A stretch of DNA of 64,000 nucleotides from an uncultured Clostridia bacterium (lineage in GTDB: Bacteria; Bacillota; Clostridia; Lachnospirales; CAG-274), in assembly GCA_947585865.1 (NCBI GenBank), contig CANPXH010000008.1, positions 11,884-75,883 of the forward strand. The letters run 5' to 3'. The translations under genes and the position numbers were made by a program. The notes beneath the pieces are model-generated. The model searched no databases and had not been told where the DNA came from. It saw nothing but the letters and a program-made list of their open reading frames with translations. This document shows, piece after piece, positions 18,088 through 28,400 of this stretch (positions are counted from its first letter, which is position 1; each line of letters begins with the position of its first letter).

Positions 18088-19482
18088 ATGAACAGAAAAA
18101 TAACGGCGCTTATGCTGTGTGTGCCCTTTGTGCTCACAGGCTGCGGCAAAAAAGGTACTGATGAAGTACAGCAGGCCGCAAAGATAGTAAAAACACAGGC
18201 GGTATCGGAGCAAAGCGTTTCTACGGGCTACAGCTATATTGGCATAGTGAAGGCAAAGGATACGAAGAACTATTCCTTTTTGACAGGCGGCAAGATAGCC
18301 AAGATATATGTGGAAAAGGGTCAGCAGTTCAAGGCGGGAGATACCCTTGCAAGCCTTGATACCACCACTATGGAATACAATGCTTCCATAGGCGAGAACA
18401 CAAAGGATCAGGCCGATGCCACTCTTCAAAAGACAATAAGCACCTATGATACGAATATTGCAAATGCAAGAAGCCAGATATCCACTCTCGATGAATCTAT
18501 CGCTGCCGCACAAAAGGGCATAGATGCGGGAGAAAAGGGGATAGCCGCTCTTGAAAACGGATTAAAGGCCGAATGGGAGAACATAGAAGCGGGGCAGACT
18601 GCTCTCGATACTCTTAAGGAAGAGCTGGATGCCGCAAGAGAGATAAACGCCGTAGGCGGACTTTCAGACAAGGATCTGGATGCCGCCGAGAGCACATACA
18701 AGACAAAATCAGCGGAATTAGATGCGGCAAAGGCTACATATGAGGGAAATAAGGCGGAGCTTGAGAGCAAAAAAGCGGAGCTTGACAGCAAGAGAGCGGA
18801 GCTGGATACGGCAAAGGCTCAGAAAACACAGGCACAGAAAAGCCTTGACAATCTTATAACGAGCAAGGCAAAGGATGTAGAGGCAGCACAGGCAAGTGTA
18901 AAGAGCGCATCCGCCTCAAACGATATAGTAAAAAAGAATATAAACGACTCCACGCTTAAGGCGGACAGTGACGGCTATGTTATGGAGCTGCCTTATAAGG
19001 AAGGCGAAATAATTGCCGCAGGCTATCCCGTTGTGGTAGCAAAAAGCAAGGAGCTCATAGTGACCGTAGGCGCCTCCGACAGCGAGTACAAGAACATAAA
19101 GGCAGGCAGCAAGGCCGTTATAAACGGCGACAAAACAGGTACTGTCACGACCATAGCCCAGTATCCCGATGAAAAGACAAGGACATATGCCGTAGATATA
19201 GAGATAGACGGAGACTACACCATTGGCGAAACCGTTGACGTAAAGATAGTGACAGGTTCCGCAGGAGGCTGTTATGTGCCTATAGACGCCGTTTTTTCTG
19301 CTGACGGCGTAGACTATGTATATGCTGTGGATACAGATGGCAGAGTCCATAAAAAACAGGTGGTTCTAGGCGATTTCTCCGGAGATAAGGTAGAGGTACA
19401 GATAGATGACCCTACGGCCCTGGTCGTAACGGAAGGCGTTAAAAACCTGAGAGAAAATGACCTTGTAAAGACGGAGGCGTAA
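18088..19482 (+). CDS. Efflux RND transporter periplasmic adaptor (HlyD/MFP family) lipoprotein
   Basis: Lipobox LTGCG, a long coiled-coil middle, barrel-sandwich/beta-barrel ends, and a position immediately upstream of the RND permease. Confidence 0.85.
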   Translation: MNRKITALMLCVPFVLTGCGKKGTDEVQQAAKIVKTQAVSEQSVSTGYSYIGIVKAKDTKNYSFLTGGKIAKIYVEKGQQFKAGDTLASLDTTTMEYNASIGENTKDQADATLQKTISTYDTNIANARSQISTLDESIAAAQKGIDAGEKGIAALENGLKAEWENIEAGQTALDTLKEELDAAREINAVGGLSDKDLDAAESTYKTKSAELDAAKATYEGNKAELESKKAELDSKRAELDTAKAQKTQAQKSLDNLITSKAKDVEAAQASVKSASASNDIVKKNINDSTLKADSDGYVMELPYKEGEIIAAGYPVVVAKSKELIVTVGASDSEYKNIKAGSKAVINGDKTGTVTTIAQYPDEKTRTYAVDIEIDGDYTIGETVDVKIVTGSAGGCYVPIDAVFSADGVDYVYAVDTDGRVHKKQVVLGDFSGDKVEVQIDDPTALVVTEGVKNLRENDLVKTEA

Positions 19483-19484
19483 TT

Positions 19485-22400
19485 ATGGGCAGGAAATTTT
19501 TTGGCGGTCTTTTAGAGAGAAAATCACTTATTATAATGCTTATGCTCATGATATTCTGCGCCGGAGCATTTTCATACTACAAAATGCCAAAGCAGCATTT
19601 CCCAAAGGTAGTGCTGCCTGTGGCAACGGTCACGGTGGTATATCCGGGAGCAACGGCGGAGGATATGGAGCAGCTTGTGGCGGAAAAGGTGGAGCACGCT
19701 TGTATGGAGCTTGAGGGCTTTGACAAATGCGATACCACAGCAGGTGACAACTACTGTGTCACAAGCGTGAATTTAAGCATGGATCTTTCACAAGACGAAG
19801 TAGACGGAGAATTTGACGAGCTTAAGGACAAAATGGAAACATTAAAGGCAGACTTGCCCGCAGGTGTTTCTTCCATAACCGTAGACGACGATGTTATGGA
19901 TACGGCAGGACTTATACTTGCCGTTACTGGAGAGGATATCTCCACAGACGAGCTTTCACAAAGAAGCAAAGAGATAAGCAACAAATTAAGGCTTATAGAC
20001 GGTATCAGGAAGGTAAATATATACGGCGACGTGCCTTCACAGGTGAAAATAAAGGTAAATATAGATAAGCTCAACGATACCGACGTATCCTTGGCGGAGC
20101 TTGCCCAGCTTATAGAATATCATAACTCAACTCTTCCCGCAGGTTCGGTAAACGTAGAGGGCAATGACATAAATGTAAATACCTCGGGCAAGCTTGAAAG
20201 CTTAGAGGATATAAAGAATATAGTGGTCGCAGCAAATGACGACTATATAATAACAAGGCTTTCGGACATAGCCGATGTGACAATGGAAGTGCCCGATGAT
20301 CAAGGCTACTATATATATAACGACAATCGTTCCACCGTGCTTGCCGTATATTTCCAGGAGGGGTTAAATGTAGTAAGCCTGGGCGATGAAATAAACAAGA
20401 CCATAGATGATTACAATGCATCACTTCCTCAAGGTATTTCGGTAAACAAGATATTCCTGCAGCCCGATGATGTTCAGGATTCCATAAACGGCTTTGTGGT
20501 AAACCTTATAGAATCCATAGTGCTTGTTATTATAGTAATAATGATAGGTATGAATTTCAGGAATGCCCTTGTGGTTTCCTTTGCAATACCCCTTGCTATA
20601 TTTGCAAGCTTTGTAAGCACATACATAATGGGCTTTGAGATACAGTTCGTTTCTCTTGCATCGCTTATAGTGGTGCTGGGTATGCTTGTGGACAATGCCG
20701 TAGTGGTAAGCGATGCCATACAGAAAAACATTGACGCAGGCATGGATAAGAAGGAGGCTGTTATAGAGGGTACATCCTCCATGGCGCTTCCCGTATTCGT
20801 ATCTATGCTCACAGAGGTTTTGGCATTCAGCTCCATATTGACATTGCCGGGAGCCTATCATCAGATAGCCATAACCTTCCCTGTGGTCATAATAAGCTCT
20901 CTTATTGCATCATACCTTGTATCGATATGCGTGACTCCTGTTATGAGTTTCTTCTTCCTTGATAAGACAAGGGAGAGCAAAAGCGGTAAGGATCCGCTTT
21001 CCGTAAGGATATACAACTCACTTTTCAAGCACGCCTTCAAGCATAAGAAAACGACTTTGCTGTGCGCAGTCGCAGCATTGCTTATATTTGCGTCATCTGT
21101 ATTTCTTCTGAATTTACAGATAGTGCCTATGGCGGGCAAGGACATAATCACGATAGATATACAGGGCAACAGTGAAGACAGTATAGAAAGAACAAGAGAA
21201 ATAGTAAACAGCATTGAAGATATATTGGATGAACAGCCTGAAACACAGTATTATCTAAGCGGTGTGGGAACGCCTATACCACGTTATGATTATTCCATAC
21301 TGCCAAAGGCAGGAGGAGATAATGTTGGAGATATACTTGTGAGAGCGGATTTTTCACAAAGCGACCGTTTCAAAAAGGCTGAGGATATGGTTGACTTCCT
21401 TCAGAATGAGCTCACTCAAAGGGTAGGGGGAGCTTCGATACTTGTAGACGAGCTTGGTATAATGTCTCTTAATTCCAAGCCTGTGGAGATGAAGATATAT
21501 TCCGACAACACGGAAGATCTCAATACCGCTGCAGAAATGATAAACGATATACTGAGCAATATAGAGGGTACAAAGGGAGTAAGAAACAATAATGAATTGG
21601 CTACATATAATTATTATGTAGATATGGATTCCCTTAAGCTCAACACCTTGGGGCTTACGGAGGCGGAGGCTCAGAACGAACTGAACATCGCTCTTATGGG
21701 CAGAACGGTATCCGCCTTGAGAAAGGGCAGCAAGGAGTACGATATAGTGCTGGATACAAATGTGGATTCAAGAGAGCAGATAAAGGAATTAAAGGTGAAG
21801 TCCTCAATACAGGGGGAGAAATACAGCGTGTCACAATTTGCCGATGTATCCCTTAAGCCCGAAATAACATCCATATCGAGAATAGACGGCAGAAGAGGCC
21901 GTATAGTCGGCTGTTACAACGGCTTTGGCGTAAGCGATCTGGATATACAGCGTGAGCTTGAAAGCCGCATAGAGGAAATGAAGGACCAGTTCCCCGAAAG
22001 CGTTGAGATAGAAAAATCGGGAAAGAAGAAGATATTCTTTGAGGAAGTGCTGGCAAATATAGGTGTTGCCGCTTTGGTTGCCATTATTGTCATACTTATA
22101 ATACTTCTCATACAATTCGGTTCCTTCAAGAAGGTAGGCATAGTGTTCATATCTGTTCCCTTCGGAATTTCCGCAGGCTTTGTCGCACTGCTGCTGACAG
22201 GCCAGCCCTTGAGCCTGTTTGCCCTTATAGGAGCCGTCAGCCTGCTGGGCTGTGTGCTTGCCAATGCCATAGTGCTTATAGACTGTATAACAAATGAGAC
22301 AAACAGAGGCCTTTCTGTGGATGAGGCCTGCAGAGCCGCAGGCGGACAAAGGCTTCGTCCTATAATGATGAGTACGATGACCACAGTGCTGGGTCTTATG

Positions 22401-22529
22401 CCTCTTGCCTTGTTCGGCGATGAACTCTTTGTGCCTATGGCTGTGCTTATGCTTGTGGGATTATTGGTATCTATGATAGTTAATCTTGTGTTGGTGCCTT
22501 TGATATATTCCATTGCATATAAGGAGTAA
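19485..22529 (+). CDS. RND-family efflux permease (AcrB/AcrD/AcrF family)
   Basis: 1014 aa with a 12-TM duplicated architecture and large extracytoplasmic loops. Translationally linked to the adaptor gene. Confidence 0.9.
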   Translation: MGRKFFGGLLERKSLIIMLMLMIFCAGAFSYYKMPKQHFPKVVLPVATVTVVYPGATAEDMEQLVAEKVEHACMELEGFDKCDTTAGDNYCVTSVNLSMDLSQDEVDGEFDELKDKMETLKADLPAGVSSITVDDDVMDTAGLILAVTGEDISTDELSQRSKEISNKLRLIDGIRKVNIYGDVPSQVKIKVNIDKLNDTDVSLAELAQLIEYHNSTLPAGSVNVEGNDINVNTSGKLESLEDIKNIVVAANDDYIITRLSDIADVTMEVPDDQGYYIYNDNRSTVLAVYFQEGLNVVSLGDEINKTIDDYNASLPQGISVNKIFLQPDDVQDSINGFVVNLIESIVLVIIVIMIGMNFRNALVVSFAIPLAIFASFVSTYIMGFEIQFVSLASLIVVLGMLVDNAVVVSDAIQKNIDAGMDKKEAVIEGTSSMALPVFVSMLTEVLAFSSILTLPGAYHQIAITFPVVIISSLIASYLVSICVTPVMSFFFLDKTRESKSGKDPLSVRIYNSLFKHAFKHKKTTLLCAVAALLIFASSVFLLNLQIVPMAGKDIITIDIQGNSEDSIERTREIVNSIEDILDEQPETQYYLSGVGTPIPRYDYSILPKAGGDNVGDILVRADFSQSDRFKKAEDMVDFLQNELTQRVGGASILVDELGIMSLNSKPVEMKIYSDNTEDLNTAAEMINDILSNIEGTKGVRNNNELATYNYYVDMDSLKLNTLGLTEAEAQNELNIALMGRTVSALRKGSKEYDIVLDTNVDSREQIKELKVKSSIQGEKYSVSQFADVSLKPEITSISRIDGRRGRIVGCYNGFGVSDLDIQRELESRIEEMKDQFPESVEIEKSGKKKIFFEEVLANIGVAALVAIIVILIILLIQFGSFKKVGIVFISVPFGISAGFVALLLTGQPLSLFALIGAVSLLGCVLANAIVLIDCITNETNRGLSVDEACRAAGGQRLRPIMMSTMTTVLGLMPLALFGDELFVPMAVLMLVGLLVSMIVNLVLVPLIYSIAYKE

Positions 22530-22558
22530 TAAGAGTATAGATTTTATACAAGCATCAA

Positions 22559-22593
22559 ACAGGGTGCCGCAAAGCTGCGGCACCCTGTTTTTA
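22559..22593 (+). terminator. Intrinsic terminator after the RND operon
   Basis: Stem CAGGGTGCCGC/GCGGCACCCTG followed by TTTTT. Confidence 0.85.
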
Positions 22594-22636
22594 TTAAAAT
22601 ATATTCATACGATATCTGCCTTTAGGCAGCGGCATA

Positions 22637-23557
22637 TCATTTGCCTTTCATTATTTCGGTAAGCGATGTGGCAAGGCCTGCGATGCCTTGTATATCCGAA
22701 GGTATTATTATCTTTGTGGCGCTGCCTTCGGATAATTTGCCAAGTGCGTCAAGGCTCTTGAGCGTAAGCACATTTTCATCGGCTCCCGCTTCCTTGAGCA
22801 TCTTGATACCGTCTGCATTTGCCTGCTGTACTTTGCGAATAGCTTCTGCCTGACCTTCCGCCTCTCTTATCTTCCTCTCTTTTTCAGCTTCGGCATAGAG
22901 TATGGCAGCCTGTTTTTTGGCCTCGGCCTCAAGTATGGCGGACTCCTTTTTACCCTCCGCAACAAGAATGGTAGATTTCTTCTCGCCTTCGGCAATAAGA
23001 ATTGCCTCTCTTCTTTCTCTTTCAGCCTTCATCTGCTTTTCCATAGATTCCTGAATTGCGGCGGGAGGCATTATGTTCTTGAGCTCTACTCTGTTTACCT
23101 TTATTCCCCAGGGATCTGTGGCAACGTCAAGAGAAAGACCCATTTGTGTATTTATCCTCTCTCTTGATGTGAGGGTCTCATCCAATTCCATATCGCCTAT
23201 TATATTTCTCAATGTGGTGGATGTAAGGTTCTCTATAGCCATTATAGGGTTCTCAACGCCGTAGCAATAAAGCTTCGGATCCGTTATCTGGAAAAATACC
23301 ACAGTGTCTATCTGCATTGTAACATTATCCTTTGTAATAACGGGCTGAGGCGGGAAATCAATTACTTGCTCTTTGAGATTTACATTCCTTGCAACTCTTT
23401 CAAAAAAAGGTATTTTAAAATAAAGTCCTGTTTGCCATGTGGTCTTGTATGCACCTAAAAATTCCACTACATAGGCTCTTGCCTGGGGAACTATCCTTAT
23501 ACATGAGCCTGCTGCCACAACGGCTATCACTACTATCAACAAAAGAAAAAATATCAT
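22637..23557 (-). CDS. SPFH/Band-7 (stomatin-like) membrane protein
   Basis: N-terminal TM segment, SPFH core (VDTVVFFQITDP, TSTTLRNIIG) and an Ala/Glu-rich coiled-coil tail. Confidence 0.9.
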   Translation of the reverse strand: MIFFLLLIVVIAVVAAGSCIRIVPQARAYVVEFLGAYKTTWQTGLYFKIPFFERVARNVNLKEQVIDFPPQPVITKDNVTMQIDTVVFFQITDPKLYCYGVENPIMAIENLTSTTLRNIIGDMELDETLTSRERINTQMGLSLDVATDPWGIKVNRVELKNIMPPAAIQESMEKQMKAERERREAILIAEGEKKSTILVAEGKKESAILEAEAKKQAAILYAEAEKERKIREAEGQAEAIRKVQQANADGIKMLKEAGADENVLTLKSLDALGKLSEGSATKIIIPSDIQGIAGLATSLTEIMKGK

Positions 23558-23569
23558 TTTACATCCTCC

Positions 23570-23989
23570 CTAAATTTTTTCTACTATAAGCTTATTGCTT
23601 TTGGCTTCGGTTATTCTGACCAAAGAATCGGTCTCTATATCATTTCCGTCTGCGCTTTCCGCCATCCAAAATATATCGCCGACTTTTATACGTCCGCCCA
23701 TTTTTGTTATTCTTTCTGTAACGACAGCCTTCTCGCCTATGAGCCTTGAAGTGCTGTTGATATTGTTTTTAACAGGCATAAAGCGTTTTAGAAACGGCCT
23801 GAGCGAGGCGAAGGATATTGCGGATACTGCCGCAAATATCAAAAACTGAACATATACATTGGCTGTTGCAAAGGATATTATAAATGCCGCAAAGGCTCCT
23901 AATGCAAGCCATATACACGTTAGTCCTACAGTGACCGCCTCCATTATGAGCATTATGGCCGATAATGCTATCCAAAATGCAGAACTCAT
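23570..23989 (-). CDS. NfeD-family membrane protein (partner of the SPFH protein)
   Basis: Starts at MSSAFWIAL with an AGGAGGAG RBS. TM N-terminus and a C-terminal OB-like domain (GEKAVV...GGRIKVGD). The track ORF is over-extended to 24103. Confidence 0.8.
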   Translation of the reverse strand: MSSAFWIALSAIMLIMEAVTVGLTCIWLALGAFAAFIISFATANVYVQFLIFAAVSAISFASLRPFLKRFMPVKNNINSTSRLIGEKAVVTERITKMGGRIKVGDIFWMAESADGNDIETDSLVRITEAKSNKLIVEKI

Positions 23990-24051
23990 TGCAACTCCTC
24001 CTTTTTTATTCGGATCGTGTTTTTGCGTTTGCCTGTGGCCGATAGCCTTTA

Positions 24052-24747
24052 TCAAAGCCTTGTGACCATATTCTTTACTATCCTGCCAGCCGTGACCGCA
24101 CATTCCCTAAAAAATCTTTCGTAATTTATATCGCTGCCTTCATCCGCATTGTCAGATATGGACCTTATTATAACAAAGGGTATCTTGTTGAGATAGCAGG
24201 CATGAGCTATCGCCGCTCCCTCCATCTCGCAGCAAAGGGGCTTGAACATAAGGTATATATTGTTTTTTTCTTCGGGATCGGATATAAAACGGTCGCCGCT
24301 GGCGATCCTTCCTACATAGGTCTTATGTCCCAATTCTCTGACAACATCATATGCAACAGATACAAGTGAGTTTTCGGATGGGAATATACTTGTTTCAAGC
24401 CCTGATATCACTCCGGGCTCATCACCTACGGCAGATGTATCAAAGTCATACTGCAAAGCGTCCGAAGAAATAACTATATCTCCTATACCCACATCCGGGC
24501 TTATTGCTCCGGCGACTCCTGTATTTATTACCATATCCACGGCAAAAAGATCCACAAGCACCTGCGTGCAAAGGGCGGCGTTTACCTTGCCTATGCCTGA
24601 GCGCACGAGCACTATGCTGTGTGAGCTTCCTTTAAGGGAACCTATGTAAAAATCCAGTCCTATTGCGTTTTTAGTAGTGAGTACGGTCATTTCCTCAAGG
24701 ATATTGGTTATTTCCGCTTCCATTGCTCCTATAATGCCTATCGTCAT
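24052..24747 (-). CDS. mtnN: 5'-methylthioadenosine/S-adenosylhomocysteine nucleosidase
   Basis: MTIGIIGAMEAE N-terminus and the EMEGAAIAH and SISDNADE motifs of Pfs/MtnN. Confidence 0.9.
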   Translation of the reverse strand: MTIGIIGAMEAEITNILEEMTVLTTKNAIGLDFYIGSLKGSSHSIVLVRSGIGKVNAALCTQVLVDLFAVDMVINTGVAGAISPDVGIGDIVISSDALQYDFDTSAVGDEPGVISGLETSIFPSENSLVSVAYDVVRELGHKTYVGRIASGDRFISDPEEKNNIYLMFKPLCCEMEGAAIAHACYLNKIPFVIIRSISDNADEGSDINYERFFRECAVTAGRIVKNMVTRL

Positions 24748-24762
24748 AGCAAAACCCTCCGT

Positions 24763-26601
24763 TTATTCCACAGTAACACTCTTGGCAAGATTTCTCGGCT
24801 TATCTATATCCTCGCCTAAGCCCAGCGCCATATAGTAGGCGAAAAGCTGCTGAGGTATATTGGCAAGCACAGATGTAAGCATCCAGTGTGTTCTGGGAAT
24901 ATATATCACATCGTCTGCAACTTCTTCTATGCTGGTGTTGCCTTTCATGGCAATGGCGAGTACCTTTGCGCCTCTTGCCTTGACTTCTTTTATATTGCTT
25001 TTGGTCTTGTCGAAAAGAGATTCCTGAGTGACTACGCCTACCACAAGAGTTTCCTTTTCGATAAGTGCTATTGGGCCGTGCTTAAGTTCGCCTGCCGCAT
25101 AGGGCTCCGAATGGAGATAGGCTATTTCCTTAAGCTTGAGAGAACCCTCCATGCCCACTACGTAGTCAAGACCTCTGCCGATGTAGAATACGTTCTTGGA
25201 GCCTATATATTTATTTACAAAGCCTCTTATTGCAGGTACTGCCTTGGTAAGTATATCATTTATCTGAGAAGGTATTTTATCCAAGGCGGACTTTATTTCG
25301 GCAAATTCTTTTTCGCTTATCTTTCCAAGCTCCTGAGCTATGTGCAAAGTAATGAGATACATTGCCGTTACCTGTGCGGAAAATGCCTTTGTGGAAGCAA
25401 CGGCTATCTCAAAGCCCGCAAGGGTGTAGAGCACATCGTCTGCTTCTCTTGCTATCGAGCTGCCTACTGCATTTACTATTCCCAGCACTCTTGCGCCCTT
25501 TCCCTTTGCCAGCTTAAGAGCTGAAAGGGTATCGGCAGTCTCTCCCGACTGTGACACAACTATCACAAGGGTGTGCTCGTCTATGAGAGGATCCTTGTAT
25601 CTGAATTCGCTTGCCACATCTGCATTGACAGGTATCCTTACTATCCTCTCCAAGAGGTATTTGCCTATAAGACCTGCATAGTATGCGGTACCGCAGGCTA
25701 CGACATATATCTGATTTATATTCTCAAGCTCGGTCTTGCCAAGCTTTATTCCGTCAAGCACTATATGCTTTCCGTCATCTGAAAATCTGTGAGCGATATT
25801 GTCCTTTACTACCTTTGGCTGCTCATATATCTCCTTGAGCATAAAATGATCGTATCCGTTTTTCTGAGCCGCCTCCACGTTCCACTTATAAGTATATACG
25901 TCTTTTTTTATTTCGCTGCCGTTTATATCGAATATCTGTATGCTGTCTGCTTTTACAAGAGCAAGCTCCCTGTCGTCAAGTATATAAGCATCTCTTGTAT
26001 ATTCCAGTATAGCGGGGATATCGGATGCTATGAAATTTTCTCCCTCGCCTATTCCCACAATAAGGGGAGATTCTTTTCTTGCGGCTATTATCTGATCGGG
26101 ATAATCCGTACAGAGTACGCCCAAGGCATAAGAGCCTTCTATTCTTTCAAGAGTGTGCCTTACGGCTTCCAGCAGGTCGCTGCAATCCTTGTAATAGTCA
26201 TATATAAGGTTTGCGGCTGTTTCCGTATCGGTCTCGGATTCAAATTTATATCCTTTTTTCTCAAGCTCATCCTTGAGCTCCTGATAATTTTCTATTATAC
26301 CGTTATGCACAACGGCTATTTTTTCGCCGTTGCTGAAATGGGGATGGGCATTTCTGTCCGAAGGTGCTCCGTGGGTAGCCCATCTTGTGTGGCCTATGCC
26401 CACCCTTCCCGAAACAGGATTGTTCAGGAGGAGCGTTCTTAAATTGTCTACCTTTCCCTTGGTCTTTCTTATGCCTATGCCGTCTTTTTGAAGCACAGCT
26501 ACGCCCGCCGAGTCGTAGCCTCTGTATTCAAGGCTCTCAAGTCCGCTTATGAGTACGGGAACAGCATTGTGCCTGCCTATATATCCCACAATACCACACA
26601 T
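24763..26601 (-). CDS. glmS: Glutamine--fructose-6-phosphate aminotransferase (isomerizing)
   Basis: MCGIVGY N-terminus, two SIS domains, and a C-terminal KSVTVE. Confidence 0.95.
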   Translation of the reverse strand: MCGIVGYIGRHNAVPVLISGLESLEYRGYDSAGVAVLQKDGIGIRKTKGKVDNLRTLLLNNPVSGRVGIGHTRWATHGAPSDRNAHPHFSNGEKIAVVHNGIIENYQELKDELEKKGYKFESETDTETAANLIYDYYKDCSDLLEAVRHTLERIEGSYALGVLCTDYPDQIIAARKESPLIVGIGEGENFIASDIPAILEYTRDAYILDDRELALVKADSIQIFDINGSEIKKDVYTYKWNVEAAQKNGYDHFMLKEIYEQPKVVKDNIAHRFSDDGKHIVLDGIKLGKTELENINQIYVVACGTAYYAGLIGKYLLERIVRIPVNADVASEFRYKDPLIDEHTLVIVVSQSGETADTLSALKLAKGKGARVLGIVNAVGSSIAREADDVLYTLAGFEIAVASTKAFSAQVTAMYLITLHIAQELGKISEKEFAEIKSALDKIPSQINDILTKAVPAIRGFVNKYIGSKNVFYIGRGLDYVVGMEGSLKLKEIAYLHSEPYAAGELKHGPIALIEKETLVVGVVTQESLFDKTKSNIKEVKARGAKVLAIAMKGNTSIEEVADDVIYIPRTHWMLTSVLANIPQQLFAYYMALGLGEDIDKPRNLAKSVTVE

Positions 26602-26615
26602 ATGTCATATCCTCC

Positions 26616-27965
26616 TTAGTTCAAAAGACCTTCTATAAGTCTTGCAAGCCTTTCGGCTTCCTTTTGTATAACAGTCTTATCTCTGCCCTCTATCATAACT
26701 CTTACGATAGGCTCTGTGCCTGATGGTCTTATAAGCACTCTGCCTTCTCCGCTGAATTTCTTCTCCAGCTTATCTATTTCCGAACGTATCGTCTCATTTT
26801 TGAGATAGTCGTTCTTTTTTCTGTTATCTACGCTGGCGTTTACAAGGCACTGGGGAAGCACTTCCATTATAGTCTTGGCTTCCTTTAGCGTCTGTCCGAT
26901 CTTCTTGAGCGTGGTGAGAAGCTGTATAGCTGTAAGTATACCGTCGCCTGTGGTGTTATAGTCAAAGAATATTATGTGGCCTGACTGTTCGCCGCCGAAG
27001 CAGTCGCCGTTTTCAAGCAGATGCTCCAAAACGTATCTGTCGCCTACCTTGGTTCTTTCGATATATATGCCGTTTTTTTCACCCATTATGAAAAGGCCAA
27101 GATTACTCATGACAGTGGCAACTATAGTGTCGTTTTTGAGCCTGCCGCATTCCTTCATATATTTGCCGCAAATAGCCATGATAACATCGCCGTCTACAAG
27201 CTGTCCGTCACTGTCCACCGCAAGACAGCGGTCGCCGTCGCCGTCAAAGGCTATGCCTATGTCGCATTTGTTCTTTACCACAAATTCGGAAAGGCTCTCT
27301 ATATGAGTGGAGCCGCAGTTCAAATTGATATTGGTGCCGTCAGGCTCCCTGTGTATGGCAAGCACCTCTGCGCCCAGTCCTTCAAGGGCAAGGGGAGCGG
27401 CCTTGTATGTAGCGCCGTTTGCACAGTCTATGGCTATTTTGATGCCGTCAAGCTTTATGTCCGTGGTAGACTGCACAAATTTTACATAGTCGTCTATAGC
27501 GGTATCGCTTACGGATCTTGATCCTACGCTGTCGCCGTACACTCTGGGTATCTCATCCCATTTGTCGGTCATATATTCCTCTATCTCGTCTTCTATATCG
27601 TCTCTTAATTTAAAGCCCTGGGAATTGAAAAATTTTATGCCGTTATCCTGCACAGGGTTGTGAGAAGCGCTTATAACAACGCCTGCGTCTGCCCTGTATT
27701 TTCTCACAAGGTAGGCTACCGCAGGAGTGGGGCATATACCCAAGCTTACAACATGGGCGCCTACGGAGCATATGCCGGAAATAAGCGCTGCCTCCAGCAT
27801 ATCACCGGAGATCCTTGTGTCCATTCCCACTATTATCTGAGCCTTATGATTCGTATGCTCGGTAAGGACATATGCGCCTGCTCTTCCCAGCCTGTATGCC
27901 AGCTCGGGAGTAAGTTCGATATTGGCTACGCCTCTTACACCGTCTGTTCCGAAAAATTTTCCCAT
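26616..27965 (-). CDS. glmM: Phosphoglucosamine mutase
   Basis: FGTDGVRG, active-site SASHNP, and the GDGDR and GEQSGH motifs. Confidence 0.95.
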   Translation of the reverse strand: MGKFFGTDGVRGVANIELTPELAYRLGRAGAYVLTEHTNHKAQIIVGMDTRISGDMLEAALISGICSVGAHVVSLGICPTPAVAYLVRKYRADAGVVISASHNPVQDNGIKFFNSQGFKLRDDIEDEIEEYMTDKWDEIPRVYGDSVGSRSVSDTAIDDYVKFVQSTTDIKLDGIKIAIDCANGATYKAAPLALEGLGAEVLAIHREPDGTNINLNCGSTHIESLSEFVVKNKCDIGIAFDGDGDRCLAVDSDGQLVDGDVIMAICGKYMKECGRLKNDTIVATVMSNLGLFIMGEKNGIYIERTKVGDRYVLEHLLENGDCFGGEQSGHIIFFDYNTTGDGILTAIQLLTTLKKIGQTLKEAKTIMEVLPQCLVNASVDNRKKNDYLKNETIRSEIDKLEKKFSGEGRVLIRPSGTEPIVRVMIEGRDKTVIQKEAERLARLIEGLLN

Positions 27966-28015
27966 CTATGATTCCTCCTGTATAGATACGTATTTTATTC
28001 CTTATAATCAATGTT

Positions 28016-28044
28016 ATTATACCACTTAAGTCGCATAAGTACAA
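28016..28044 (-). promoter_or_regulatory. Candidate promoter of the glmM-glmS-mtnN operon
   Basis: On the minus strand, TTGTAC then a 17-nt spacer then TATAAT. It lies about 45 nt upstream of the glmM ATG. Confidence 0.5.
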
Positions 28045-28350
28045 GAAAATTTTATTACGGCTCAAAGCCCTTGAAATAAGGACAAAAAAAGACACGGCTC
28101 TTTATAAGCCGTGCTTTTAATAAGGGAATTGGTTATGGATTAACCATTACACCATTATTATATTATCCGTGTAATTTTTTGTCAAAGTTTATGTTTCGAC
28201 AAAAACTGCAGAATCTAATATCGAATTAACTAATAAATCTTTTTTATATGATATTGCTATGATATATATAAAATCTTTGTTTGACATAAAAACAATATTT
28301 TGGCGAAAAATGTCGCAATGTATACGCCCAAAGGCCATTGATATCCCCAA

Positions 28351-28383
28351 CAAAAAAAGGGCTGCCGTATTATTGCGGCAGCT
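28351..28383 (-). terminator. Intrinsic terminator after the DUF5684-like gene
   Basis: Minus-strand stem GCTGCCG/CGGCAGC followed by a T-run. Confidence 0.7.
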
Positions 28384-28400
28384 CCTTTTATGTAACGTTA

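Noticed and set aside
22637-23989. The SPFH/NfeD pair as a novel system.
   Set aside because: This is the well-known stomatin-NfeD operon arrangement that is widespread in bacteria. Nothing unusual was seen in sequence or context.
28126-28400. ORFs 28189-28674(-) and 28259-28447(+) in the AT-rich gap between glmM and the DUF5684-like gene.
   Set aside because: They overlap the real membrane-protein gene or its terminator. They are Cys/Arg/His-rich with no RBS. The gap looks like ordinary promoter and terminator space.
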